A stretch of 64,000 nt of DNA from Verrucomicrobiota bacterium (GTDB taxonomy: Bacteria > Verrucomicrobiota > Verrucomicrobiia > Opitutales > Cerasicoccaceae), in NCBI GenBank assembly GCA_039818205.1, contig JBCBUK010000003.1, positions 128,001 to 192,000 of the forward strand. The letters run 5' to 3'. This document shows, one piece after another, positions 1 to 8,328 of this stretch. Each line of letters begins with the position of its first letter. Position 1 is the stretch's first letter. The notes under the pieces were generated by a model. That model saw only the letters and a list, made by a program, of their open reading frames with translations, had not been told where the DNA came from and ran no database searches. The translations under genes were made by a program, and so were the position numbers.

Positions 1-86
1 GTATCATGCGTTCGAATATGAAGTAAAAATTCGGTAAGTAAAGAATGAAATCGGCGATTTTATAGGTTTAAATATGTAGATCGTCT

Positions 87-1766
87 TCACTGTTTCTCGG
101 TAATTGTCTCCCACAGGGCAAGTTCCTCAGGTAGGAGTTCCTGGATTTCTGCGGCAGTGAATGTCGCAACAGCTGGCGCTTCGTTCTGTTTCTTAAATTC
201 AATTAAGGCTGAAAGGAGCTTAATGGACGGGTCGGACCTCAGTTGTTTCGGAATCTCCCGGTATTTTCTTTCCGCTTCTTTCACGTCGCCGGACATGGCA
301 GCAAGGAACGACAATGTGGTTGCGTAGCGACTATCATCAGCGCGGCGATCAAGGCTCTTGAGTGATTCAAGTAGTTCATTATCAATAACTCCGAGTAGTC
401 CCTTGAGGTAGGCTAAGTTGTTGATTGCGTTGCCATTGGTTGGGTCTATTTCGAGAATTCTTTGTGTGTGTTCGACGGCTTGGGCGGTGTTGCGCTGGTA
501 AAAAGAAACGACAGCTGCCTCCCGGCTTAGCTGCAGAAGACCAACGGGGTTTGACTCGAATTCGATGGCAGAAAGGTAGCCTTGTTGAGCTTTGTCCCAC
601 TCCCGTTGCGACGCGGCATGACGGGATAGCGCAGTTAATGCGTGGACGTTCTTTTTCTCACCGGCCAGTTTGAATGCTTCGAGCCAATTGTCGACATCGT
701 CCTCGGGCGATGTGTCTGGGAGGATTGCCTTAAGTGTTTTTCGGTAGAGCAGGGGGATGTCGGGGTGATTTTCGACATAAATTGCTGCTTCTTGGAGGTT
801 GCCCAGCCGGATTTCTGCTTCGACAAAGGTGATGTCGATCAGTTGCTGTTTGTCGGCCGGCAGTTTCACCGCAAAATCCTTTGCTTGCTGCGGTTCGCCG
901 ATTCCCATTAGCCAGGCAATCAGCAGTTCCGGGTGTTCCTTTCCGTTCCGGGCAATTTCTTCCTCGATGACTTCGGATTTTTCGCGATCCCCGAGGAGAA
1001 TGCTCTGAGTTGCAGCCAGGATATCGGAATAGGACGTACGCTCGGGGTGAATTTGCATGCGGTTGCGAAGCCATCGGCGATCCGTGGGAAATAATCGAAT
1101 TCCCGGGTGCGTCGCGAGTTCGAGCAAGGCTGCAAGACCGATTGAGGTGTTTTTTTGGCCTGCGTTGCGCATGACCGCCTTGGCCTGGACAGAATCAGTT
1201 ACTCGCCCGCGGACGAGAAGGAGTTGGCCTTTGACCAATAGTGCCTCTGCGTGCTCGGGCGCCACGTCGATCGCGGAATTGATGGCATCCAATGCTGCTT
1301 TGTAATCTCCAAGGGCGGCATGGGCGCGCGTGCGGAAGATGCCTGCTTTTGCACTGCTTCGGTCATTGAGTGGCAGTTTTTCCAGAATTGGGAGGACTTT
1401 TTCTGGCTGATCATTTTCGAGCGCGATTCGACTATAAAGATAGACGTTTTTTGTCAGATCCTTGGAGCCATCTTGTCCGATGAGAGTTTCTAAGATTTTG
1501 AGAGCTTCTTGGGGATCCTGACTGCGCAAGGTGAGCGCTCTTAATCGGAGCAGTGCCGGGTCTTCCCGCCAGACAAAGAGCAGTCGGTCGATTTGCTTGC
1601 CTGCCTCCTGGTGCTTCTTTTCCGCAATCAGGCTTTGTATCGACTCTTCTTGTTGAAGGCGCAAATAGCTTAGGCTGTAGTAAGCGATCGAGATCACCAC
1701 GAATGCGAGGATCAAGGCGCCAATAAGGCGAGGGGACTTTTGGGGGCGTTTACGCTTTTTGGCCAT
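87..1766 (-). CDS. Membrane-anchored TPR-repeat protein, probable periplasmic scaffold of the glycan export/attachment system
   Basis: 559 aa; basic N-terminus plus one TM helix (LIGALILAFVVISIAYY); TPR-like repeats (ALGDYKAALDAINSAIDVAPEHAEA, ILEIDPTNGNAINNLAYL). Confidence 0.75.
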   Translation of the reverse strand: MAKKRKRPQKSPRLIGALILAFVVISIAYYSLSYLRLQQEESIQSLIAEKKHQEAGKQIDRLLFVWREDPALLRLRALTLRSQDPQEALKILETLIGQDGSKDLTKNVYLYSRIALENDQPEKVLPILEKLPLNDRSSAKAGIFRTRAHAALGDYKAALDAINSAIDVAPEHAEALLVKGQLLLVRGRVTDSVQAKAVMRNAGQKNTSIGLAALLELATHPGIRLFPTDRRWLRNRMQIHPERTSYSDILAATQSILLGDREKSEVIEEEIARNGKEHPELLIAWLMGIGEPQQAKDFAVKLPADKQQLIDITFVEAEIRLGNLQEAAIYVENHPDIPLLYRKTLKAILPDTSPEDDVDNWLEAFKLAGEKKNVHALTALSRHAASQREWDKAQQGYLSAIEFESNPVGLLQLSREAAVVSFYQRNTAQAVEHTQRILEIDPTNGNAINNLAYLKGLLGVIDNELLESLKSLDRRADDSRYATTLSFLAAMSGDVKEAERKYREIPKQLRSDPSIKLLSALIEFKKQNEAPAVATFTAAEIQELLPEELALWETITEKQ

Positions 1767-1793
1767 GTCTGGTGCAGGAGTCGTTCAAAGTCT

Positions 1794-3260
1794 CTAGTAG
1801 CGGTAGGCGTCAGCCAACTCGTCGTCATCTGCCTGGCTGGACTTTGTGCCTAGGCTCAATCGGGCGGAAGCCGAGGCAATAATGAAAAACGTTATAACGC
1901 CTGCTGGAACGCCGAATGGAAAGTCAAAAGAAGCCAAGGTTAGAAAAAGTCCGCATGACAGGGCCAACCAAAAGGTTTCGGGGTGCGCGCGCGGTTGCCG
2001 AAAGGTGAGCACAATGATGCCAATCGGAACCGCTAGAAACAGAATCATACCGAAGGTGCCGAGTTCGACCCAAAACTGCATCCAGTCATTGTGGGCGTAT
2101 TCGTTGCGCTTGATGATCATTCCGAGCGGGTGTCGATACTCCGGGCCGGCATGGTTTTCGAACGCATAGGCATAGGAGCCAATGCCCCAGCCCCAGATCG
2201 GGCGTGCTTTCACCATCTCCAGACAGTCTCTTGGAGAGGCGTAGAATCGTTGGTCGATGTCTCCGTCCTTAATCTGATTAATTGTCTGTGCGAATCGGTC
2301 GGAAGCTGGTTCCCAGACTAAGGCTGTTCCCAGTATGGTAAATCCGCCAAGGATCACCACGAGGCTGAGGCCAATGGTTCTGCGAAGCTTTGACGGTAGG
2401 TGGGCGAAGATCGAGCTTCGGTTTCGATAAGCGAAAAACAGATAGATGGAAGCCAGCGCAACGAATAACCCACTTAGCAACATGCCGGAACGTGAACCGC
2501 AAAGGGGAAGGGCGATCAATATCAATGCTGCGCATACTAGCCAGACCAGATCCCAGCGCTGGCGCCCGCGGACGTTCCACCCGGTTTGATTGTAGTGCTG
2601 CACCATGTTATCGGCAATGGTCATCGCAGCTCCGAGGGCCAGGATTCCAAAGCCAACCCAATGGTTGTAGTATCGGAAACTCGCGTAGAACTTCGGATTC
2701 ACTGGGTCGATGAAACCAAGAATCATCTCGCTTCCGTTTAGTTTGAACCAGGCACCGATTACGGAGAGGGCCACTCCGTTTACGGCGATGATTGCGAGGA
2801 GAATGGTGATGAGTTTGTAACTGCGAACTACGGTAAAGAGCGAGATTGCCGCGACGAGAGAGCCCGTGAAGACCCACACAAATGGCCAGCTGTGGGATTG
2901 TAGGTAGGTGACGGGGAGGCCGGGAATTGGATCAAGGACCGCCCAACGCGGGAAGCGGTCCGTTAGATCTGCGACTTCTCTCAATGGGTTTAGGAGGCTG
3001 AAGCCAGTCAGGGCTATGAGAAGCAGCCAAGGTGATAACAGAAGAGCCCATCGCTTGAACCCCTGGAAATCGCGCCGATTCCAGTGAATGAATAAGGGTA
3101 AAATATTCAGCCAACCCAGTAAGCCAATAATCAATGGACTATTGGCTGCTCGCCCGCCCAGCGCCCAGCTTGAAAAGACGACATTTAAGGCAGTCAATGC
3201 AATGACAAGGTAAGGGGCGATCGGCTTCTTTTTGGGCCGGTCGTGGCGTCTGTTATGCAT
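1794..3260 (-). CDS. O-antigen ligase / O-oligosaccharyltransferase family (Wzy_C) membrane protein
   Basis: Polytopic; SRSG motif, RPIWGWGIGSY and YAHNDWMQFWVELG typical of the Wzy_C domain; ATG at 3260 preferred to the ORF-track TTG at 3266. Confidence 0.8.
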   Translation of the reverse strand: MHNRRHDRPKKKPIAPYLVIALTALNVVFSSWALGGRAANSPLIIGLLGWLNILPLFIHWNRRDFQGFKRWALLLSPWLLLIALTGFSLLNPLREVADLTDRFPRWAVLDPIPGLPVTYLQSHSWPFVWVFTGSLVAAISLFTVVRSYKLITILLAIIAVNGVALSVIGAWFKLNGSEMILGFIDPVNPKFYASFRYYNHWVGFGILALGAAMTIADNMVQHYNQTGWNVRGRQRWDLVWLVCAALILIALPLCGSRSGMLLSGLFVALASIYLFFAYRNRSSIFAHLPSKLRRTIGLSLVVILGGFTILGTALVWEPASDRFAQTINQIKDGDIDQRFYASPRDCLEMVKARPIWGWGIGSYAYAFENHAGPEYRHPLGMIIKRNEYAHNDWMQFWVELGTFGMILFLAVPIGIIVLTFRQPRAHPETFWLALSCGLFLTLASFDFPFGVPAGVITFFIIASASARLSLGTKSSQADDDELADAYRY

Positions 3261-3264
3261 ACAC

Positions 3265-3299
3265 AAAAAAAGCTGGAGCCCCGTGAGGGACTCCAGCTT
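3265..3299 (-). terminator. Rho-independent terminator after the FecR-domain gene
   Basis: Minus strand AAGCTGGAGTCCC-TCAC-GGGGCTCCAGCTT hairpin running into a T7 tract, 15 nt after the stop at 3315. Confidence 0.85.
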
Positions 3300-3314
3300 A
3301 AAAAGTTTCCGAAC

Positions 3315-4193
3315 TTAACTCGGCGTGTTGGTCACGTTAAGAGTAGGACCAAGGTTGTCGAAGTTGGTTGGGTCGTCCTGAACACGAAGTGGTGTCACGG
3401 TGTCGGGACCGGCTTCTCCGCCAGGTGAAAGGAGGAATGCATCAGCAGCGGCATCTGCAATCGCCTGGTTGTTGTCCGCGAGCAACTGTTGTTGTTCCGG
3501 AGTCAGTGAACCAACGTTTGCGCTGCCAACCGACTCAATTTCAAGGATGCCTACGCCACCGTCGCGGAATGTAACCGGGATTTGGACGCTTTCACCTTCA
3601 TTGACAACGGTTTCGACACCGTTGACCGTGATGATAACTTGACCTTCACCAACCGCCAAAACTGCGATCGAGCTCGAAAGCTGGTCCGATGACGCAGCAG
3701 CGGCATCATCCTTGGAGAGCGTTGCGAAAACAAAGGTCGTTCCGCGAATGCCTGCGCTGCCGGTTGGGGAGTTGATCACGTAGCTCGACTCGGAGTTAAG
3801 CTTACGGACGTTTCCAACGACTTTACCGTAGTGCAGGTCGAGCGAGGTGTTTGATGCTGAAGGATCTTCGCTGAGCTGCGCGTAGTTGCGGACGCTCATT
3901 TCGAAGGGCTCTTGGCTGAACTCCGAGATATCCAGGTAGGATTCAGGAGTCACGTTGATTGAGCTGCCGTTCGAGAAGAGAAGCAAAGCCGATGAATTCG
4001 CTCCAGTTTCAACAGCGTAACCCTCGCTAATGAGGTCTCCGCGCTGAAGTGGACGGGTCTGGTTGTTGCTGGTGTCAATGAGAGTGACGTCTCCCTTTAC
4101 GAGATAGACTTGCACGATTGGCTCGTTGACCTGGCCGGCAAACATCAAGTTCGCGAAAAGCAAACCGAGAGTTGTTAGCAGTAAAGTTTTCAT
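3315..4193 (-). CDS. Secreted FecR-domain protein with a low-complexity Pro/Thr/Asn-rich C-terminal tail ending in Ser
   Basis: Signal peptide (..NLMFA|GQ); FecR motifs VETGANSSALLLFSNGS, LHYGKV, INSPTGSAGIRGTTF; no adjacent ECF sigma gene; ends GPTLNVTNTPS. Confidence 0.8.
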   Translation of the reverse strand: MKTLLLTTLGLLFANLMFAGQVNEPIVQVYLVKGDVTLIDTSNNQTRPLQRGDLISEGYAVETGANSSALLLFSNGSSINVTPESYLDISEFSQEPFEMSVRNYAQLSEDPSASNTSLDLHYGKVVGNVRKLNSESSYVINSPTGSAGIRGTTFVFATLSKDDAAAASSDQLSSSIAVLAVGEGQVIITVNGVETVVNEGESVQIPVTFRDGGVGILEIESVGSANVGSLTPEQQQLLADNNQAIADAAADAFLLSPGGEAGPDTVTPLRVQDDPTNFDNLGPTLNVTNTPS

Positions 4194-4260
4194 GTTATTA
4201 AGTGTCTTTGTTATACTGGTAGCAGTTTAGACTTTATCGGTAATATGGCCAGCGCAAACC

Positions 4261-5463
4261 TTAGAATTGGACGCCGAGACTACCAAATATCTGCCAGCGG
4301 TCGTAGCGGAAGAATCCATTGTCCGAACCGTTGAACTGGTAGCGTGCATCAATCGCGGCGAATGCCCACTTGTTGATGTCATATTTGACGTTAGCGGTGG
4401 CGGCGTAATTGTCGTCTGTGCGGTCAAGTCCGTTGCCATCGAGGAACGAATGGGTGTAGTTGAACCCAGCGGTCGCGCTCAATTGGCGGATGAATTGGTG
4501 GCGGGCAGAGACGCCAGCGCCGATTTGGCGGAGGCCTTGGCTGCCAGGAGATTGGCTACCGTCTGCATCAGCAGTCAGGCTGAACACGGTCTTTTCGTCG
4601 AAAGCGTAATCAAGACCCATATTGATGAATGGGTAAACATAGTCACTCAAGCCCGGGGACTTGGTGTAATCACGATAGGTAACACCGAACTGTGCGTTAC
4701 CAGTGATCTTTGGAGCGAGAACGCCAAAAGCACCAACAAAAAGCGTATGGTCGAATGATTCTAGAGCCGAACGCGGAGGTACTGACACGCTATCAGTATG
4801 TTGGTAGCGAAAACGGTAACCCGCATCGAAAGAGAGTTTTTCGGAGTAGTAGTATTGCCCGTCCACAGATGCGCCAGTGGAGAGGACGTCACCAAATGAA
4901 TCCCCGCGGTACTGCTGGTATTGAAAGAACGGTGTTACGCCGACACCATACTTGTCGTTCAAGCGGTGAATGATGTCGAGGGTACCATTGTAGTTCCAAG
5001 ACGTCGTCCGTTGGCCAACGAGGTCATTCGCCTCGGAAGTCCGTTGGATGCCAACCAGTGCGCTGTAGGAGGTCTTTGAGTCGATGCCGTTTGGTCCGCT
5101 GAGCTTCAAGTAGAAGCTTGGGTCGATCGAATCGTTACCACCCTGATTCACAATAGTAGGTCCGCCAGGTGTTAGAACGAGGACATTACGATCACTTCCA
5201 GTGTCATTGAAGAACTGAAAGCTTACGCTTGCTCCAGCCTCTAAAGAGATGATGCCGCGCTCACGTATAAACGTGACTGCGGGAGTAACCGTCAGGATGT
5301 CGTCGCCCTCCTGACCGTTATTCGCATTAATATTTGAGTCGTAACCGTATCGAGCGGTCAACGACACACCAACCTCTCCGCCCATAACGGAGAATAGACC
5401 GAAAGCCTGGTTGGAAAGAGCAGCAATGGCAGTAGCCGCAATAAGAGTAGTGCTTTTTCGCAT
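4261..5463 (-). CDS. Outer-membrane beta-barrel of polysaccharide export loci (BBP2/EpsL/VpsM/EpsX-like)
   Basis: Signal peptide, N-terminal YGYDSNI..D.I..VTP motif, alternating amphipathic strands, C-terminal Phe (GSLGVQF). Confidence 0.75.
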   Translation of the reverse strand: MRKSTTLIAATAIAALSNQAFGLFSVMGGEVGVSLTARYGYDSNINANNGQEGDDILTVTPAVTFIRERGIISLEAGASVSFQFFNDTGSDRNVLVLTPGGPTIVNQGGNDSIDPSFYLKLSGPNGIDSKTSYSALVGIQRTSEANDLVGQRTTSWNYNGTLDIIHRLNDKYGVGVTPFFQYQQYRGDSFGDVLSTGASVDGQYYYSEKLSFDAGYRFRYQHTDSVSVPPRSALESFDHTLFVGAFGVLAPKITGNAQFGVTYRDYTKSPGLSDYVYPFINMGLDYAFDEKTVFSLTADADGSQSPGSQGLRQIGAGVSARHQFIRQLSATAGFNYTHSFLDGNGLDRTDDNYAATANVKYDINKWAFAAIDARYQFNGSDNGFFRYDRWQIFGSLGVQF

Positions 5464-5571
5464 AGCCTGTATCTTGCAGAATTAGTCGCAGTTTATGTGC
5501 TTTTAATAGTGGGTTGACGGGCTGGCGCAAGATTATTTTACATTTGTCTTAATGTGGGATCCATTATTAAG

Positions 5572-6465
5572 TCACCGTTCTCGAATGCCTAGCATCACCG
5601 GAATAGGCCTTGATAGCCAACGTTTTGGCTCGATTGCGCATTCATAGGATGAACCGTCTTTGATCACAAAGGTCGTGCTGGATCCGCCATCAAGGTTTGC
5701 GGCATTGTGTGCGCCGATTTTTATAAGTAAGTTCGCGAGATTGGGAAGAGACGCTCCAAGGTTTCGGGGGTTGGAGTTGTTTTGGGGAACAACGACAATA
5801 TATAGCCACTTTTTGTCCTTGGAGATTCCGACTGCCGTCCGAGCGGCTTTGCGCAGATCAGCTTCTGTTTTTCGGTCAATTTTTCCGTCACTAACTAACC
5901 AGCTGAATCCATTGAGCATCCATTGTGCTCGTTGCGGAATTTTATCAGTGAGCCAATATTCTCCATTTATGTCCTGCCAGAGGATGGGGAAGTTGGGAGC
6001 CACTTGCTCCCCATATATTGGACCGCCGCGTGGCATCGTGAGCCCACGAAGCTGCACCGGTGATCCTGGGATGTAGCTACGCCAGGTCTCGGACTTTAGC
6101 GGAGTCTTCCCCGGGAGAGCGAATGGAGTGGCATTAACCGATAGGTTAAAATCGGCGACCCGTGCCGTGCTCGTTGCCGGCTCGAGTCGACCATCGCCCA
6201 GTGTTGATGAGTTGGTGTATGCCGGATTGACCCACAGGTCGATCTCGTAAGTCGGGTCGTGGAGGTCGAGGCGTATAATCTCAGCCCTATAGCCGTGTTT
6301 AGGGTCGACTTTTGTCCACCAGCTTAGCGGTTTATGGTCTTCGGTCGGCGCGAGCTTAGACCGCAGTTCGCGGATGGAATTTTGGCGCGAGGAATCGTCC
6401 CAAGAACTCAGAGCTAGACCAAGGCCGAAATAGGCAATCAGTAAAGTTGATAGGCTCAGTCTCAA
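5572..6465 (-). CDS. Phosphodiester glycosidase family (NAGPA/DUF2233) secreted protein
   Basis: Signal peptide; VNATPF, ARTAVG and AANLDGGSST motifs; 4-nt overlap with the upstream GT. Confidence 0.8.
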   Translation of the reverse strand: MRLSLSTLLIAYFGLGLALSSWDDSSRQNSIRELRSKLAPTEDHKPLSWWTKVDPKHGYRAEIIRLDLHDPTYEIDLWVNPAYTNSSTLGDGRLEPATSTARVADFNLSVNATPFALPGKTPLKSETWRSYIPGSPVQLRGLTMPRGGPIYGEQVAPNFPILWQDINGEYWLTDKIPQRAQWMLNGFSWLVSDGKIDRKTEADLRKAARTAVGISKDKKWLYIVVVPQNNSNPRNLGASLPNLANLLIKIGAHNAANLDGGSSTTFVIKDGSSYECAIEPKRWLSRPIPVMLGIRER

Positions 6466-7781
6466 TCAACTACATCGACTGTCGCAGGGCGATCTCCCTG
6501 GCCACAGAGCCAGCGGTATAGATCAGACATGTCACGAGCGATACCCGGCCAGGTGAAATGGTCGAGAACCCATTCGCGCCCGCGTTTACCCATGGTTTTC
6601 CGCTCTGCATCACTGATATTTGTGGCTTGATGGAGAGCTTTTGCTAGCGGATCGACGCCAAGATCACACCACCAGCCGCACTGTTTGTCTTCCAGGCCGC
6701 TCCAGGGAGTGCCTTTCGTTGTGATCACTGGGGTCTCGCAGCTTAAGGCCTCGGCCACAGAAAGACCAAAATTCTCGGTGTAGCTTGGTAGGACAAAGAG
6801 TTCTGCCTGATGGAGGCTTTGCCACTTTTTTCCGTCATACTGCGGAGGTGAAAAGCAGATGTCATGGTGGACACCGAGTTTCTCCGCAAGTTTCTGGATC
6901 TCGGCAACGTGGTTGTTCTCCTCAGGTCCCATGATCTCAATGCGCCAGCCAGGCTGGCGAACCTTCGCCCATGCCTGGACAAGATTTAGTAGGCCTTTCA
7001 CTTTGTGAATGCGGCCCAAAAACATGATCGTCCGAATCTCGGGATTGGATTTTTGCTTTCCGGCAAATGCGGCAAGATCTTGATCGGAGACCACGTCAAT
7101 TCCATTGGGAATAACTGCGATGGGCGTAGTTAATCCAAGGCGCCGTAGGTCATCTTTCTCTGCGTGGCCAGTGGCATGGAGGCAACTCGCATGCTGTAGG
7201 GCATTCTTCTGGTAAAGGCGCCAGGCGACCTGTTTTTTTAGAAATTTATGACGCATTGCCCAAGCTGCAGCCATTCCTCTGGGCGAGATAAGGTAGGGGA
7301 GGTTGCTCTTGCGAGCGTAGGTCCCAGCGGCATTGAGGAATGGTAGCCAGAGTCCATTGATGTGGATGACTGAACGATTTCTGAACTGGCAATTGATCGA
7401 GGTGCTTAGGAAGTCGTCCGCGTGGCTAGCATCCGATTCTAGGAGGCAGCACTCGGGCCCATCAAGTACGAGAGGGGAGTCACTATTGCGGGAAACGATC
7501 GAAACATTCATTCCCTGGCTCGACAGTTCACGGCAAACTTGAGGGACGGATCGGGAGAGCCCACCAGAGCTCACATCCAGATCTTTGACGAAGTGAAATA
7601 CTTTGAGTAAATTGGAAACTTCGGGTGCGCCAGGTACCTGCTCTCGATCGATATTCCAAGTGGGAAGGTCAACGATCGCCCGTCTTCCGTTGGTTTCAGG
7701 TGCAGTAGATGGGTGGCGCGGCTCTGACTTTTTGAACCGTTTGGAAAAAATTTCGGCAGAACTTTTCAGTAGTGTAGTCAT
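6462..7781 (-). CDS. Glycosyltransferase family 4
   Basis: SSGG, SPRGM, FLGRIHKVKG, PSYTENFGLSVAEA (EX7E); ATG 7781 preferred to the track start 7826. Confidence 0.85.
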   Translation of the reverse strand: MTTLLKSSAEIFSKRFKKSEPRHPSTAPETNGRRAIVDLPTWNIDREQVPGAPEVSNLLKVFHFVKDLDVSSGGLSRSVPQVCRELSSQGMNVSIVSRNSDSPLVLDGPECCLLESDASHADDFLSTSINCQFRNRSVIHINGLWLPFLNAAGTYARKSNLPYLISPRGMAAAWAMRHKFLKKQVAWRLYQKNALQHASCLHATGHAEKDDLRRLGLTTPIAVIPNGIDVVSDQDLAAFAGKQKSNPEIRTIMFLGRIHKVKGLLNLVQAWAKVRQPGWRIEIMGPEENNHVAEIQKLAEKLGVHHDICFSPPQYDGKKWQSLHQAELFVLPSYTENFGLSVAEALSCETPVITTKGTPWSGLEDKQCGWWCDLGVDPLAKALHQATNISDAERKTMGKRGREWVLDHFTWPGIARDMSDLYRWLCGQGDRPATVDVVD

Positions 7782-8328
7782 AGGAACCCCTTGATATTTG
7801 CGAAGAAAGAGTAAACTTTGACGCAAATTTATTGTGTAGCGTAGTAGTGGTGGTCTTTATGACGAAGACTGCCCGGCTCAGGAAGCCGTATGCAATGTGT
7901 TCTCTGCAGCTAGATTTTTCTCCGAAAGGAAACGTCGTTTTAGCCGACTGAAACAAGGATTCGTCATAGCACTGAGAATCAATGCCAGCCCAAATTATTC
8001 CCCGTTTTTGACGGTGTAGTTTTAGCAGCCCCTTCATAAAAACAGACGTCAACTTAGGACTTTTTTTACAAAAGGCGAGCCCAGAATATTGCATATAGGA
8101 AACTTACCCTATTCTAGTAGATCAGGAATTGGCCTAGATTCTCGCGAATCAGTCTCACCGTATACTCTCTGAATGCATCGAAAACGATGATCTTTGGGGA
8201 TTTAGCTGATGATTGAAGGCTGTGTTTCGTGTTCCTAAATCTTTCGATACTAATTGCTTAGGTTCTATTTTTCCCAGTTATAGAGGAGCAGGATTCGTTT
8301 TTGCGGGAACTTTTTCCCTGTAGGGTAG

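Noticed and set aside
3315..4193. FecR gene as part of an iron-uptake FecIRA signalling cassette
   Set aside because: No adjacent ECF sigma or TonB receptor, and it has a cleavable signal rather than a cytoplasmic anti-sigma domain.
7696..8094. 132-aa ORF in the long intergenic gap
   Set aside because: It overlaps the GT4 start, has atypical composition and shows no motif.
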